A DNA stretch of 62,828 bases, the filler included, from Malassezia furfur (Eukaryota): NCBI GenBank assembly GCA_052055015.1. It is 4 parts of 4 records of this genome, joined end to end, with 100 filler letters (N's around TTAATTAATTAA, not from the genome) between each part and the next. Parts side by side here need not be neighbours in the genome. Positions count along the whole stretch, not along the records: positions 31,518 to 47,142 come from JBQJIT010000264.1; positions 47,243 to 62,828 come from JBQJIT010000266.1; 2 more parts are not named here. One strand, 5' to 3'. The position numbers and the translations under genes were made by a program. The notes below the pieces were generated by a model. The model saw nothing but the letters and a program-made list of their open reading frames with translations, was not told where the DNA came from and made no database searches. Below, piece by piece: positions 44,791 to 54,664 of the stretch (the first letter of the stretch is position 1; every line of letters starts with the position of its first letter).

Positions 44791-46174
44791 CTATGGCGCC
44801 CACACCTTGACGCTCAGGTCCACCGACCCCGTTGCGACGACGTTGACGGATGCCGCCGTCGCCGACGGCTCCTCAGACGTCTGTACGCTGCCTCTGCCCC
44901 ATGCGACGCATGTCGCAAAGTGGCTGTGGCAGTCGACCACTTTGAGACACCGCCCGCTGCTCACGTCCCACACGCGCATGGTTTTGTCGTCGCTCACCGA
45001 CACCAGGTGCTTGCCGCTCGGCGAAAAGACCAACGCACGTACCCAATTATCGTGTCCAGACTGGGTAAGTGATACACGTACCAGCACGCGCAGGCATTGC
45101 CCTTGCTGGCTCCATAGCCGAATCGTCTTGTCCCGTGACCCCGACGCAAGAAACTGGCCGGGCTGCGTCGCAGTGGGGTCGTCCTTCGGCACGCGGATTC
45201 CCGCGAGCGCGCGGATTGCGGGATAGGCAGACACGGGCGCAAATGCAACGCACTCGACGACGTGCTCGTGCCCGCGCAGCTCGTGCCGCACTTCGCCGGT
45301 CTGTGCGTCCCAGATGCGGACGGTTTGGTCGCTCGAGCCGCTCGCAAGCGAGCGTGCGTCATCGGCCACGGCGACGGCACGCACCCAGTCATCGTGTCCG
45401 TGCAGCGTCTTGACGCAAAACCTGGGTCAGTGGTGTGCCGACGCACCCGGTCGCCGTTTCCCAGATTCGCAGGGTCTTGTCGCGGCTCGCCGATACCAAG
45501 TGTCGGTCGCCCGGGAGAAAGCGAATGCACGACACGCTGTGTTCGTGCCCGTACATGGTGCGCACGTTCTTCCAGCCTTGCGTGGCGTCCCAGAGCTTGA
45601 TGCTGAGGTCGGATGCACACGACCCTGGGTGAGTGCATTCCACGTACCGAGGTACTGTCCGCTGTGGTCGAACTCGATGTTCTGCACCGGTTTGGTATGC
45701 CCTTTGAGTGTCTGCTCCAACTCCCCCGTTTCCCAATCGTACAGCTTGATGGTGGTGTCCTCGCTGGCGGACGCCAGCTGGCTAAAGTGTGGGTGGAACG
45801 CGACGTCGGTCACCGGCTGCCGGTGCCCTGTGAGGACGTGCCGCGCGGGGTTGCGTGGGTACCAGTCCGCGACCGAGGCCCCCCGCCGCGCGCTCGGCGC
45901 ACTCTGGAGTTCCTGCTCCAGCTGGCGCACCTTGGCCTCGAGCTCAAGGTTCTGTGTGAGTGGAGGTGGTACCTGCCTTTTTCTGGAGGCGGATGGTGCT
46001 GAGCCACTTCTTCTCGAGGAGCGCCGCGTACTTGCCCTTCGGATCCGGCACGTATGACTCAAGATTGGTATCGTGTGCGAGCGCATCATACGCCGCGCGA
46101 AACTCCGACTGCGCGAAGTACTCGAGCAACGCGCGGTGCAGCTCGTCGCGCTGCCGCTCCGACAGCGCGCTCAT
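44791..46174 (-). CDS. PAC1: Dynein regulator LIS1/NudF/Pac1; introns 45952-45976 (GC-AG), 45625-45647, 45422-45446, 45061-45081
   Basis: LisH N-terminus [41 protein letters not shown], and WD40 repeats ([56 protein letters not shown]). Confidence 0.95.
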
Positions 46175-46186
46175 CGTGGAGAAGGG

Positions 46187-46206
46187 CACGTGGGTCCACG
46201 TGGACC
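46187..46206. promoter_or_regulatory. Tandem E-boxes (CACGTG at 46187 and 46197) in the 55-bp LIS1/kinesin divergent promoter
   Basis: GGGCACGTGGGTCCACGTGGACC; the second site lies in the 14-bp palindrome GGTCCACGTGGACC (46193-46206). Confidence 0.6.
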
Positions 46207-46229
46207 GCGATCCCAACACGACGCGTACC

Positions 46230-47142
46230 ATGGCAACGCCGGCGCGGAGTCGCGTGGGCGGTGTGCCCGAGGCGACGTCGACGGCCGTGCAGGTCGCCGT
46301 GCGCATCCGACCAGACTCGGTCGAGGATACGGGGCGGTCGGTGCCGCGGCCGCTGCGCACCGTTGTGAGCCAGACGTCGCCGACGACGCTTGTGGTCGAG
46401 CCGAGTGCGCTGCCCTCGACGGTGCCGCCGCGCGACCAGCGGCACGCGTTCACGTTTGACCGCGTGTTTGCGCCGCATGCACAGCAGCACGACGTGTATA
46501 CTTCGTGCGTCGAGCCGCTGCTGCACCGCTTCCTGGACGGGTACAACACGACGATCTTTGCGTACGGCCAAACGTCCAGCGGCAAGTCGTACTCGATGGG
46601 CACGTCCGAGGCGAGCGAGGCGCTCAGTCCAGATGACGCGCTGGCGAACACGCTTGATGAGAGCATCGGCATCATCCCGCGCGCAGCCGTCGAGCTGTTT
46701 GCGCTGCTCAAGGAGGACGCAGAATACACCCTGACCACGAGCTTCCTCGAGCTGTACAACGAGGACCTAATCGACCTGCTCGCCGACCCTGACGTGGATG
46801 CACCCAACCAGGTGCAAATCCGCGAGACGCGCGCGGGCGAGATCGTCTGGATGGGCCTGCGCCAGCGCCCAGCCAAGTGCGCCGCCGACGTCGTTCAGTT
46901 GCTCCAGGACGGTATGATGATCCGCCAGACGCACGAAACGGAGATGAACACACAGTCCTCACGTTCACACGCCATCTTCTCACTCACACTCACGCGGCGG
47001 CGCCCGCGGCAGGCGTCGCGCGCCGCAAGCCCCGAAAAGGTGCCAGCGACGCCCTCGACGCCGCTCGCGTCGAAGCGCAGCTCCGGGCTGCCGCTGCCCG
47101 GCCGCGGCAAGAGCCTCGCGCGCGCTGCGACACCGACGCAGC
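46230..47142 (+). CDS. Kinesin motor domain (kinesin-4/KIF21-like), 3'-truncated by the gap
   Basis: Motifs AVQVAVRIRP, FTFDRVF, GYNTTIFAYGQTSSGKSYSMG, GIIPRA, SFLELYNEDLIDLL, RQTHETEMNTQSSRSHAIF. Confidence 0.9.
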
Positions 47143-47242
47143 NNNNNNNNNNNNNNNNNNNNNNNNNNNNNNNNNNNNNNNNNNNNTTAATTAATTAANN
47201 NNNNNNNNNNNNNNNNNNNNNNNNNNNNNNNNNNNNNNNNNN
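47143..47242. other. Artificial contig-joining spacer
   Basis: 44 N + TTAATTAATTAA + 44 N. Confidence 0.97.
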
Positions 47243-48017
47243 GGCGCCGTGGCGGGCTCGGGGCGCAGCACCGGCGCCCGTCCCGAGCGAGCGGCGGCCG
47301 AGCGTGCAGATCGTCGACGCACGTGCGCCCGAGCAGGACGTGCGGCGCATCTCGGTCGCGGGCGACGCCCGCACCGTGCAGCCGCGCCCCATGCGTATGG
47401 AGCTGGATGACCGCCGCCTCGCGGTGCACGTCGGCGCCGTCGACCAGGCGGCGCTCACGACGCGCCCGCCGGAGGAGGTGATGCGCGACCTGTTCGAGGC
47501 GCTCTTCAGCATGGGTGTCGAGATGCGGCGCGCGCGTGATGCCGAGTTCCGCATCGAGTGTGTGCGTCCCAAGCGCCCGAGCGTGCTGCGCCAGCTCTTT
47601 TCGCGGAAGCGCGATCGCGACGAGCACGGCGGGCGGTGGCCCTCGCGTCTGGGGCGGCACCGCGCGCCGAGCGCGGCGGGTGCGCCGCGCGCCTCGTTCC
47701 AGCAGGAAGACGTGGACCGCGCCATGTCGCGCATGAGCATTGGCGGACTGCCGCCCAGTGGCACGGGGCTGTCGCGCCTGTCGCTGGACGAGCCGTACAT
47801 TGCGCCGCCGTCGTCCCCGCTGTACGGCGACGGCACGCGCGACGGCGGGCACGAAGTGCGCTTCTACGTCGAGCTGACCCGCATCCCGACCCTGCACGGG
47901 CTGTACAGCGTTGATATCCGCCGCATCAAGGGCAACTTGTGGTCGTACAAGTTTGTCTACCACGCGCTCCTCGAGCGCGTCGAACTCGGCGGCTCGATCG
48001 CTGCCCCACGTCGATAG
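47243..48017 (+). CDS. C-terminal KA1 domain of an AMPK-related Ser/Thr kinase (Kin4/Kin1/MARK-like), 5'-truncated by the gap
   Basis: Motifs VHVGAVDQAALTTRPPEEVM...FRIECVRPKR and EVRFYVELTRIPTLHGLYSVDIRRIKGNLWSYKFVY. Confidence 0.8.
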
Positions 48018-48170
48018 ACCTGCGCTGCGACGCACATGTAGTAGATCGGTGAAGGCGCTGCGCCACGGAGCGCAACGCACTTTTGGCCCCTGTCGCATTG
48101 CCCCTGCATTGTCTATGGATGCGTGTGCCACGGCACGGCAGTGCGGCGGCCGGCAGAACCCCTGTCCGCC

Positions 48171-49187
48171 TCACGCCGGCACATACGGCGGGCCCAACCA
48201 GCGGCGCGTCTGCTCGCTCACGGCCTCCACGACCAGTAGCAAGATGCCGCCGCCGGGCGCGAGGCGCAGCACCTTGGGCGCAAAGCCCTTGTACAGCGCA
48301 CGGAACCCCTCCTCGCGATAGATAAGCAGAATGCCCGTAAACGCGCCGCGGTACTTGGGCGTAACGCCCTTGACGCGGTCCACGTTCTGGATACGCGTCT
48401 TGACCACATCTGCGGGCGTGTTGAGCAGCGTGCCGACGAACCCGCCGACCGTGCCCGAGAGCAGGTTGTTGCGCATGCGCTCCCCGGCGGTGTGCGCCTT
48501 GGGCAGCACGCTCTGCATCTTGAAGATCGTCGCAAAGTATCCGCCGTTCCACAGGATGTGGCGCACCATGGTACTCCACAGGCCCGTGTACAGCCCCGTC
48601 CAGCCACACTGCTTCACGATTGTCCGCACCACATCCATCGGACCGTTGTAAAGGTGCGCCTGGCTGCGGTCCTGCAGGCGGATCTTGACCAGCTCAAACG
48701 GCACCACAATCAGCGACTCGGTCGCGCCCGCGGCACACCCCGTGAGCAGCGTCAGGCCCTGTGTCTTTTCTTTTTGGTTAAAGGCTTTGCGGAACGTCTT
48801 GCCCCAGAAGTCGTTCGCGCTGCACATGAGCACACACGACACCTACCCAAATTTCATCGCGCGTTTCGGCGCTTCCAGCACAAACAGCGGCCCAATTCCG
48901 CGGTACAGCCGCGAGACACTGCGTAAGCATACGATACACCCACCTCTCCTGCTGCATGATCTGCTTCAGCGTGTCCAAGGTGCCGCGATACTGCGGAGCA
49001 CTCGAATGGAGCTGCAGCTGCAGCCGCGTCTTGACCACATCTGCGATGAGCAGAGCACATACCCAGCGGATACAGACAGGCAAGCTCGACAATCCCGGCG
49101 AAAGCGCCCGCGCCGACCTGCACGTAGGTCGGGAGTGCTGCAACGTCAGTGCGTCCGGCAGCACCTACGCTTCACGTCGGTGGTCAT
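48171..49187 (-). CDS. ODC1: Mitochondrial 2-oxodicarboxylate carrier; introns 49138-49168, 49041-49062, 48919-48943, 48820-48846
   Basis: Spliced KPLPTYVQVGAGAFAGIVELACLYPLDVVKTRLQ, EAPKRAMKFG, VPFELVKIRLQ, RHILWNGGYF, NTPADVVKTRIQ, PKVLRLAPGGGILL (three carrier repeats). Confidence 0.93.
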
Positions 49188-49380
49188 CGTGCGGGCCCGA
49201 CCTGCCAATCGCCTCCACGCGCTTTCCAAACGCGATTTAACCCCACGTGGAATTTGCGCAGCGCGCGCTGCGCGTGCAGAAAAAAACCGCGTCCGGCCGA
49301 TACAACGGGCGCGCCAAGGAAAGCCCCACGGTTCGCCCCCCACCTTGCCCAGACACCGATCTATTCCATCTTGCATAGAG

Positions 49381-50922
49381 ATGGACAATCTCCTCGAACC
49401 ATACCCCAGGGAGGGTCAGGGCCGGACATGGGTCTCGCGCTTCTTCCCTAACTCGGACATCGCTGTCGCGCGCCGCGCCAAGTTCCTCGATGAGCAAGAT
49501 CAAAAGGAGATCAAAAACGTCCTCGACGATAAGGCGCCTAGCCTTCTCGGTGAGCCCGCACCGCCCGCGATCAAGCCGCCCACAACGGAGGAAGCCCTGA
49601 TCGTCGAGCAGATTAACGGAAACTTTATCGAGGAGGAAACCGAGCTGGAACCCAGCACGCTCGGCTGGATCGGCGCGTTCTGGAACATGATCGCGTACTC
49701 GATCGCGCTTGGTATCCTGAGTATCCCCCTCGTGGTCGCAACGATCGGTGTGGTGCCATTCATCCTGGTGTGTCTCTTCTTCTCGGCAATCACCTATTAC
49801 ATCGGCTACAACTACTGGCGCCTCTCGCTCATGTACCCTAACATCCATTCAATGCAGCAAGCTGGCGAACTGATCTTTGGGCGCTGGGGTGGTCTGCTGT
49901 TTACCACCATCCAAATTGTGTTCGGCGTCTTCCTCCAGGGCAACCATGCACTGCTCGGCGGCATTGCCTTCAACTACCTAGGCTGGCACTCGTGCATGGT
50001 CGCCCTGGTCGCCGTCTTCTCGGTCATCTCGTTCGTTTTTACCCTACCACGCTCCTACAAGATTTTTGCCTGGCAGGCAGCCATCTCGTTCACCTCCATT
50101 TTCACTGTGGTCATCATTGCGATGATTGCCAGTGGTGTGTCGGGGCCGGAGAACATGCAGCCGGGCGACCCGCCCAAGCGCCTGCTGGCCTTTGGCGCTA
50201 CTGAACAGGTGCCACACAACTTCCTCGATGGTATGCTGGGCGTCACCAACGTCTTTGTCAGTTTCGGCGCCACGCCGTCGTACCTTCCCGTCATGGCAGA
50301 AATGAAGGACCGGCGGTTGTTTATGCGGAGTATGAACCTGCTGGTGGGCATCTCCACCGTCCTCTACATCATCGTCGGATGCATCGTCAACTACAACCTT
50401 GGGCAATATACCAAGTCCCCGTCGCTCGGCTCACTTTCGCCCGTCATGATCAAAGTGTCTTACGGCCTGGCATTGCCCACCATCATGATCGCTGGCTGTG
50501 CCAGTGGTCAGGTCAACGCCAAGGTGCTTATGCGCAATGTGTTCAGCGGCTCTCGTCGCCGTTTGCTGAAAAAGCCCGTGATTTCCTGGACCGTGTGGAT
50601 CCTGATCAACCTCTGCACGTGGGCACTCGCGTTTGTGCTCGCCGAGGTGATTCCCTTCTTCAGCGCATTCCTGAGTCTGGAGGCCTCGCTCTTTTGGGCC
50701 TTCTTCCTGTTTCTCGCTCCTTTGTTCTACATCTGGCGCCACCAGTACGATTACTGGTCTACGATGCGCAACCGCATCGGGTTCGTGATTGCGCTCGGCG
50801 TCATTTGCGTGTCTACGTTCATGTGCATTGCCGGTACCTGGTCTGCCGCAGTCTCGATCAAGGACCAGTACAACAATGGCCAGGTTGGCCACCCCTTCTC
50901 GTGCACGGACGCGGGAGACTAA
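49381..50922 (+). CDS. Amino acid permease of the AAAP family (Mtr-like)
   Basis: About 11 hydrophobic segments; motifs LGWIGAFWNMIAYSIALGILSIP, PVMAEMKD, SPSLGSLSPVMIKVSYGLALP, LAEVIPFFSAFLSL. Confidence 0.88.
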   Translation: MDNLLEPYPREGQGRTWVSRFFPNSDIAVARRAKFLDEQDQKEIKNVLDDKAPSLLGEPAPPAIKPPTTEEALIVEQINGNFIEEETELEPSTLGWIGAFWNMIAYSIALGILSIPLVVATIGVVPFILVCLFFSAITYYIGYNYWRLSLMYPNIHSMQQAGELIFGRWGGLLFTTIQIVFGVFLQGNHALLGGIAFNYLGWHSCMVALVAVFSVISFVFTLPRSYKIFAWQAAISFTSIFTVVIIAMIASGVSGPENMQPGDPPKRLLAFGATEQVPHNFLDGMLGVTNVFVSFGATPSYLPVMAEMKDRRLFMRSMNLLVGISTVLYIIVGCIVNYNLGQYTKSPSLGSLSPVMIKVSYGLALPTIMIAGCASGQVNAKVLMRNVFSGSRRRLLKKPVISWTVWILINLCTWALAFVLAEVIPFFSAFLSLEASLFWAFFLFLAPLFYIWRHQYDYWSTMRNRIGFVIALGVICVSTFMCIAGTWSAAVSIKDQYNNGQVGHPFSCTDAGD

Positions 50923-51012
50923 ATGTCCTCATACACACCCTGTAGCCTGTTAATCTCCCCCATCGCCGCTCTTCCCCGCGGCGCTGCACCTCCACCTTTC
51001 TCCACCTTCGCC

Positions 51013-53014
51013 ATGGATGTCGGCAAGGCGGTCGCCGCATACATGGAGCGTATGGTCAAGGAGGTGCACGGCATGAAAATGCTGCTCCTTGACCAGTATA
51101 CGGTACGTTTTTTTGTTTGTTCATGAAGACGCCCACCATTTCTGCTTCGTTCACGCAGTCGGCCCTGCTGGAGAATGAAGTGTACCTCACCGACAAGCTT
51201 GAGAACGGCACGCGCGAGCGCATGCCGCATCTGCAGTGCATCGTATACGTGCGTCCGTGTGCCACGTCGATTCAGGCACTGTGTGACGAGCTGCAACACC
51301 CTCGCTACGGCTCGTACGCGCTGTGTATGTCACTCCGCTGACTCCAGACTTTAGCAACGTTGTTCCGAAGAATAGTATCGAGCAGCTCGCCGAGGCCGAC
51401 CAGCACCAACTCGTGCAGAACGTGCAGGAGTTCTTCACCGACTACGTCCCGGTCACTGCGTCGCTCTTCTCGCTGAATGAGTCGATTCCTCCGAGCGCAG
51501 TGTGGGGCAATGCCCTCACACAGTGGGACAGCGAGTCGTTTGCGCGGCACTCAGCGGGGCTCGTGTCGCTCCTGCTAAGCCTCAAGAAGAAGCCGGTAAT
51601 TCGGTATGAGCGCATGAGCGCGCTCGCCAAGAAACTCGCCGAGGACGTCACGTACCAAATGACCAACACGCAGGCGTCGCTCTTCGACTTCCGGCGCACC
51701 GATGTGCCACCGCTGCTCCTGATCCTCGACCGGCGCAACGACCCCGTGACACCGCTTCTGACGCAGTGGACGTATCAAGCGATGGTGCATGAGCTGATCG
51801 GTATCCACAACGGGCGCACGCAGCTTCCGCACGGCGAGGGCAAAGCAGAGGAGATTGTGCTGTCTGTGGACAATGACCCCTTCTTTGCGGCGAACTTGTA
51901 TGACAACTTTGGCGACCTGGGTGCGTCGATCAAGCAGTACGTCACACAATTCCAGTCGCGCTCGTCATCTGCGTCGTCGATCGAGACGATCCAAGACATG
52001 AAACGGTTCGTCGAAGAATACCCCGAGTTCCAGCGGCTGCGTGGCAACGTGTCGAAGCACGTTGCGCTCTTGGGGGAGCTCAGTCGGCTCGTGGAGGAGC
52101 GCGACCTGCTGCAGGTCAGCGAGCTCGAGCAGAGCCTCGCAAGCAACGAGAGCCACTCGTCCGACCTGCGCAACGTGCAGAACCTGCTCGGCTCGAACAA
52201 GATCGGGCATGACGCTAAGCTGCGCCTCGCCATTCTGTACGCGCTGCGCTATCAAAAGTGGTCCGGCAATCAGATTGACGCGGTGGTGCGCCAATTGATC
52301 AATGTCGGTGTCCCCGAGAACCAAGTCGTACTGGTGTATGTGATGCTCAACTTTGCGGGCGCCGAGCAGCGCCAGGACGACCTGTTTGCCAACGAGAACC
52401 TCTTTTCGCGCGGGAAGAGCGCGCTGAAGGGCCTCAAGGGGGTGGAAAACGTGTATACCCAGCACTCCCCGCATCTCCTCGAGACACTCGACCACCTGAT
52501 GCACGGTCGCTTGCGCACGTCGAGCTACCCCTTTGCCGACGTGGAGCCGACCGCGGCCGATGGTGCGCCCGCGACGCTCTTCCCTAGTGGGCCGACGACG
52601 CGGCCACAGGACGTGATTTTGTTTGTGATTGGCGGCACGACCTACGAGGAGGCGCGCAGCATCGCACTGCTCAACGGCGCGCCCTCGGGCAGCGGTGTGC
52701 CCTCGCAGCCGACCTGGCCGGGGACGCGTTTCCTCCTCGGCGGCACAACCGTCCACAACGCGCGCTCGTTTTTGGACATGGTGCAATACACCGCGTCGCG
52801 GCTGCCCACAAACATCACGCGCCCGCCGCCGTCGGTAGGCGACGCAGGCCTGCATCTGAGGCTAGGGCCAATGCAGCTCAACGTCGGTGCAGGGCATGCG
52901 CCCTCGCGCGAGCTCGGCGAAGGGCTCGGCGATGTGGCGAACAACGCGCGCGAGTTTGCCTCGGGGCTGTTTGGCCGCGTCATGCGTAGCGTCGACAACG
53001 CCTCGTTCCAATAG
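51013..53014 (+). CDS. VPS45: Sec1/Munc18 family protein Vps45; introns 51103-51128 and 51325-51347
   Basis: Motifs GMKMLLLD, TQSALLENEVYL, LSLKKKPVIRY, LLILDRRNDPVTPLLTQWTYQAMVHEL, NVSKHV, LKGVENVYTQH, IGGTTYEE. Confidence 0.96.
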
Positions 53015-53018
53015 CTAC

Positions 53019-53899
53019 CTACTCTTCTGCGGGATCTTCAAGTTGCCATGCGGGGATGGACGGCGCGGCGCGCGGCGCAGGGGGCGCCTTTTCACCCTCG
53101 TTCGTGTTCTCCGAGGAGGACGCGGGCTGCGCTGCCAGGCCGCCGCGCGACACGACCAACGAGCGCAGCGACTTGAGCTCGCCCTGCAGGTCAGTCAGTG
53201 CCGAAATCTGCGACTTGCGCGAGCGGTTCAGCATCGAGGTAAACTCTTCGCGCATCTCCTCGACCTCGGCTTTGACCTTTTCGAAGTCCTTCTCGCGCTG
53301 CTCTTCGCGAGTGCGAACCTGCTCGATCATCTCATTGACGCCTGCAACACTCTGCTGGATGGCCGTCTGGTGCTCGTCGAGGCCCTGGCGGATCGCCTCG
53401 GTGGTCTGGTCGAGCTCTTCGAGGTGGAGCGCGACCTCATCGTACTTGGCTGTAAGCTCGTCACGCTCGGCCTCGAGCACGGTCTGGTTCGGCGGCTGCA
53501 TGTGCGGGTACAGGTATCGCTGCGTGAGTTGTGCCGACATACTCGTGCGAGGCCAAAGAGACCATAACCAATCGTGCCGGACACCACGGCCATGATGAAC
53601 CAGTCACGCCAGTCGCGCCGCGGCGGTTGCACAGGTGGATATGCAGGCATCATGGGGTATGGGCTCGCGTACTGCGACGAAGAGGGCGCCCCTGGGGGGC
53701 GCGACGCCTGCGCAAGGGCCATGTCGACCTCCTGGGGCGTCAGCCCCTTGGACTCCAAGAAGCTGATCCGCTGCGAAATGGGAGAGTCTTGCACCTTGGG
53801 ATCGGCCAGGAATGACACCGCATTCTGGATCATCTCGGGACGCGGCATTGCGGGGACAGTTGCATGCCCCGGTGCGTCCGGCGCATTGGGATCCGCCAT
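53019..53899 (-). CDS. PEX14: Peroxisomal docking protein Pex14; intron 53520-53542
   Basis: Pex14_N motif AVSFLADPKVQDSPISQRISFLESKGLT, RDWRDWFIMAVVSG, coiled coil ELKSLRSL, tail PSIPAWQL. Confidence 0.95.
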
Positions 53900-54175
53900 A
53901 CTGCGTGGGTGCGAAGCCGGGGGCCGGGCACGTGACGTAGTGTCGCCGGGTGTGCAGAAGTTTTCCCCCACCGACCACGACAGCGGTACGTGTGCTTGGT
54001 GCAGACAACCACTAGGATTACACTTTTATTCACACTGTCTGAGCCTGACAAGGCGGTGACGGTGATTTCTCAAAAACTACAACGGTATATGAGTGGTTGT
54101 CTGCACCTTTCTTTGGTGTTCAGTCGCTAACTTTTTAGGTGCCACGGTTTCTGGGCTCGGCGCCCTTTTGTAGCG

Positions 54176-54664
54176 ATGGCGAACGCCCCGGACCGCTTCA
54201 ACCTCTTCCTCCTCCAGCCGGGGGAGAGGCGCATTGAGGTGCAAGAGGATATGCGTATCCCGAACGCGGCCACTTTTTACTTCAACAAGGAAGACCATAC
54301 CCTTGGCAACATGATCCGGCATGCCGTCTTGTCGCTTCCAGGCGTGCTCTTCTGTGGGTACAAGGTGCCCCACCCACTTGAGCCCCGTGTTCTGGTCAAG
54401 ATTCAGACCGACGGGAGCTTGACGCCGGCCGAGGTGCTGCAGCAAGCATGCACCAAGCTGATCGTAAACATCGGCACCCTGAAGCAGAGCTGGGCCAAGG
54501 AGCTGCGCCTCAGTGCCGACACCGGGCGCGTGGATGGCGGCGCATACGGATCACAGCTCTGGAATGCCTACGGGGGCGCGCCGGATGTCGCACCCGTTGC
54601 TGCGGACCCGTACGCTGGCGACGGAGACCGTGGAACCGGTATGGGTGGATATGTAGATATCTAA
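54176..54664 (+). CDS. RPB11: RNA polymerase II subunit Rpb11
   Basis: Motifs NAPDRF, FNKEDHTLGN, GYKVPHPL; short Gly/Tyr-rich C-terminal extension. Confidence 0.96.
   Translation: MANAPDRFNLFLLQPGERRIEVQEDMRIPNAATFYFNKEDHTLGNMIRHAVLSLPGVLFCGYKVPHPLEPRVLVKIQTDGSLTPAEVLQQACTKLIVNIGTLKQSWAKELRLSADTGRVDGGAYGSQLWNAYGGAPDVAPVAADPYAGDGDRGTGMGGYVDI

Noticed and set aside
48685..49380. Long N-terminal extensions in the ORF track for the permease, SPE1, CHC1, FAN1 and the kinesin
   Set aside because: They come from non-ATG starts running through neighbouring divergent genes; homology begins at the downstream ATGs.
4558..53899. Peroxisome gene cluster (PEX39-like, FIS1, PEX14)
   Set aside because: The genes lie on different assembly segments separated by artificial linkers and many unrelated genes.
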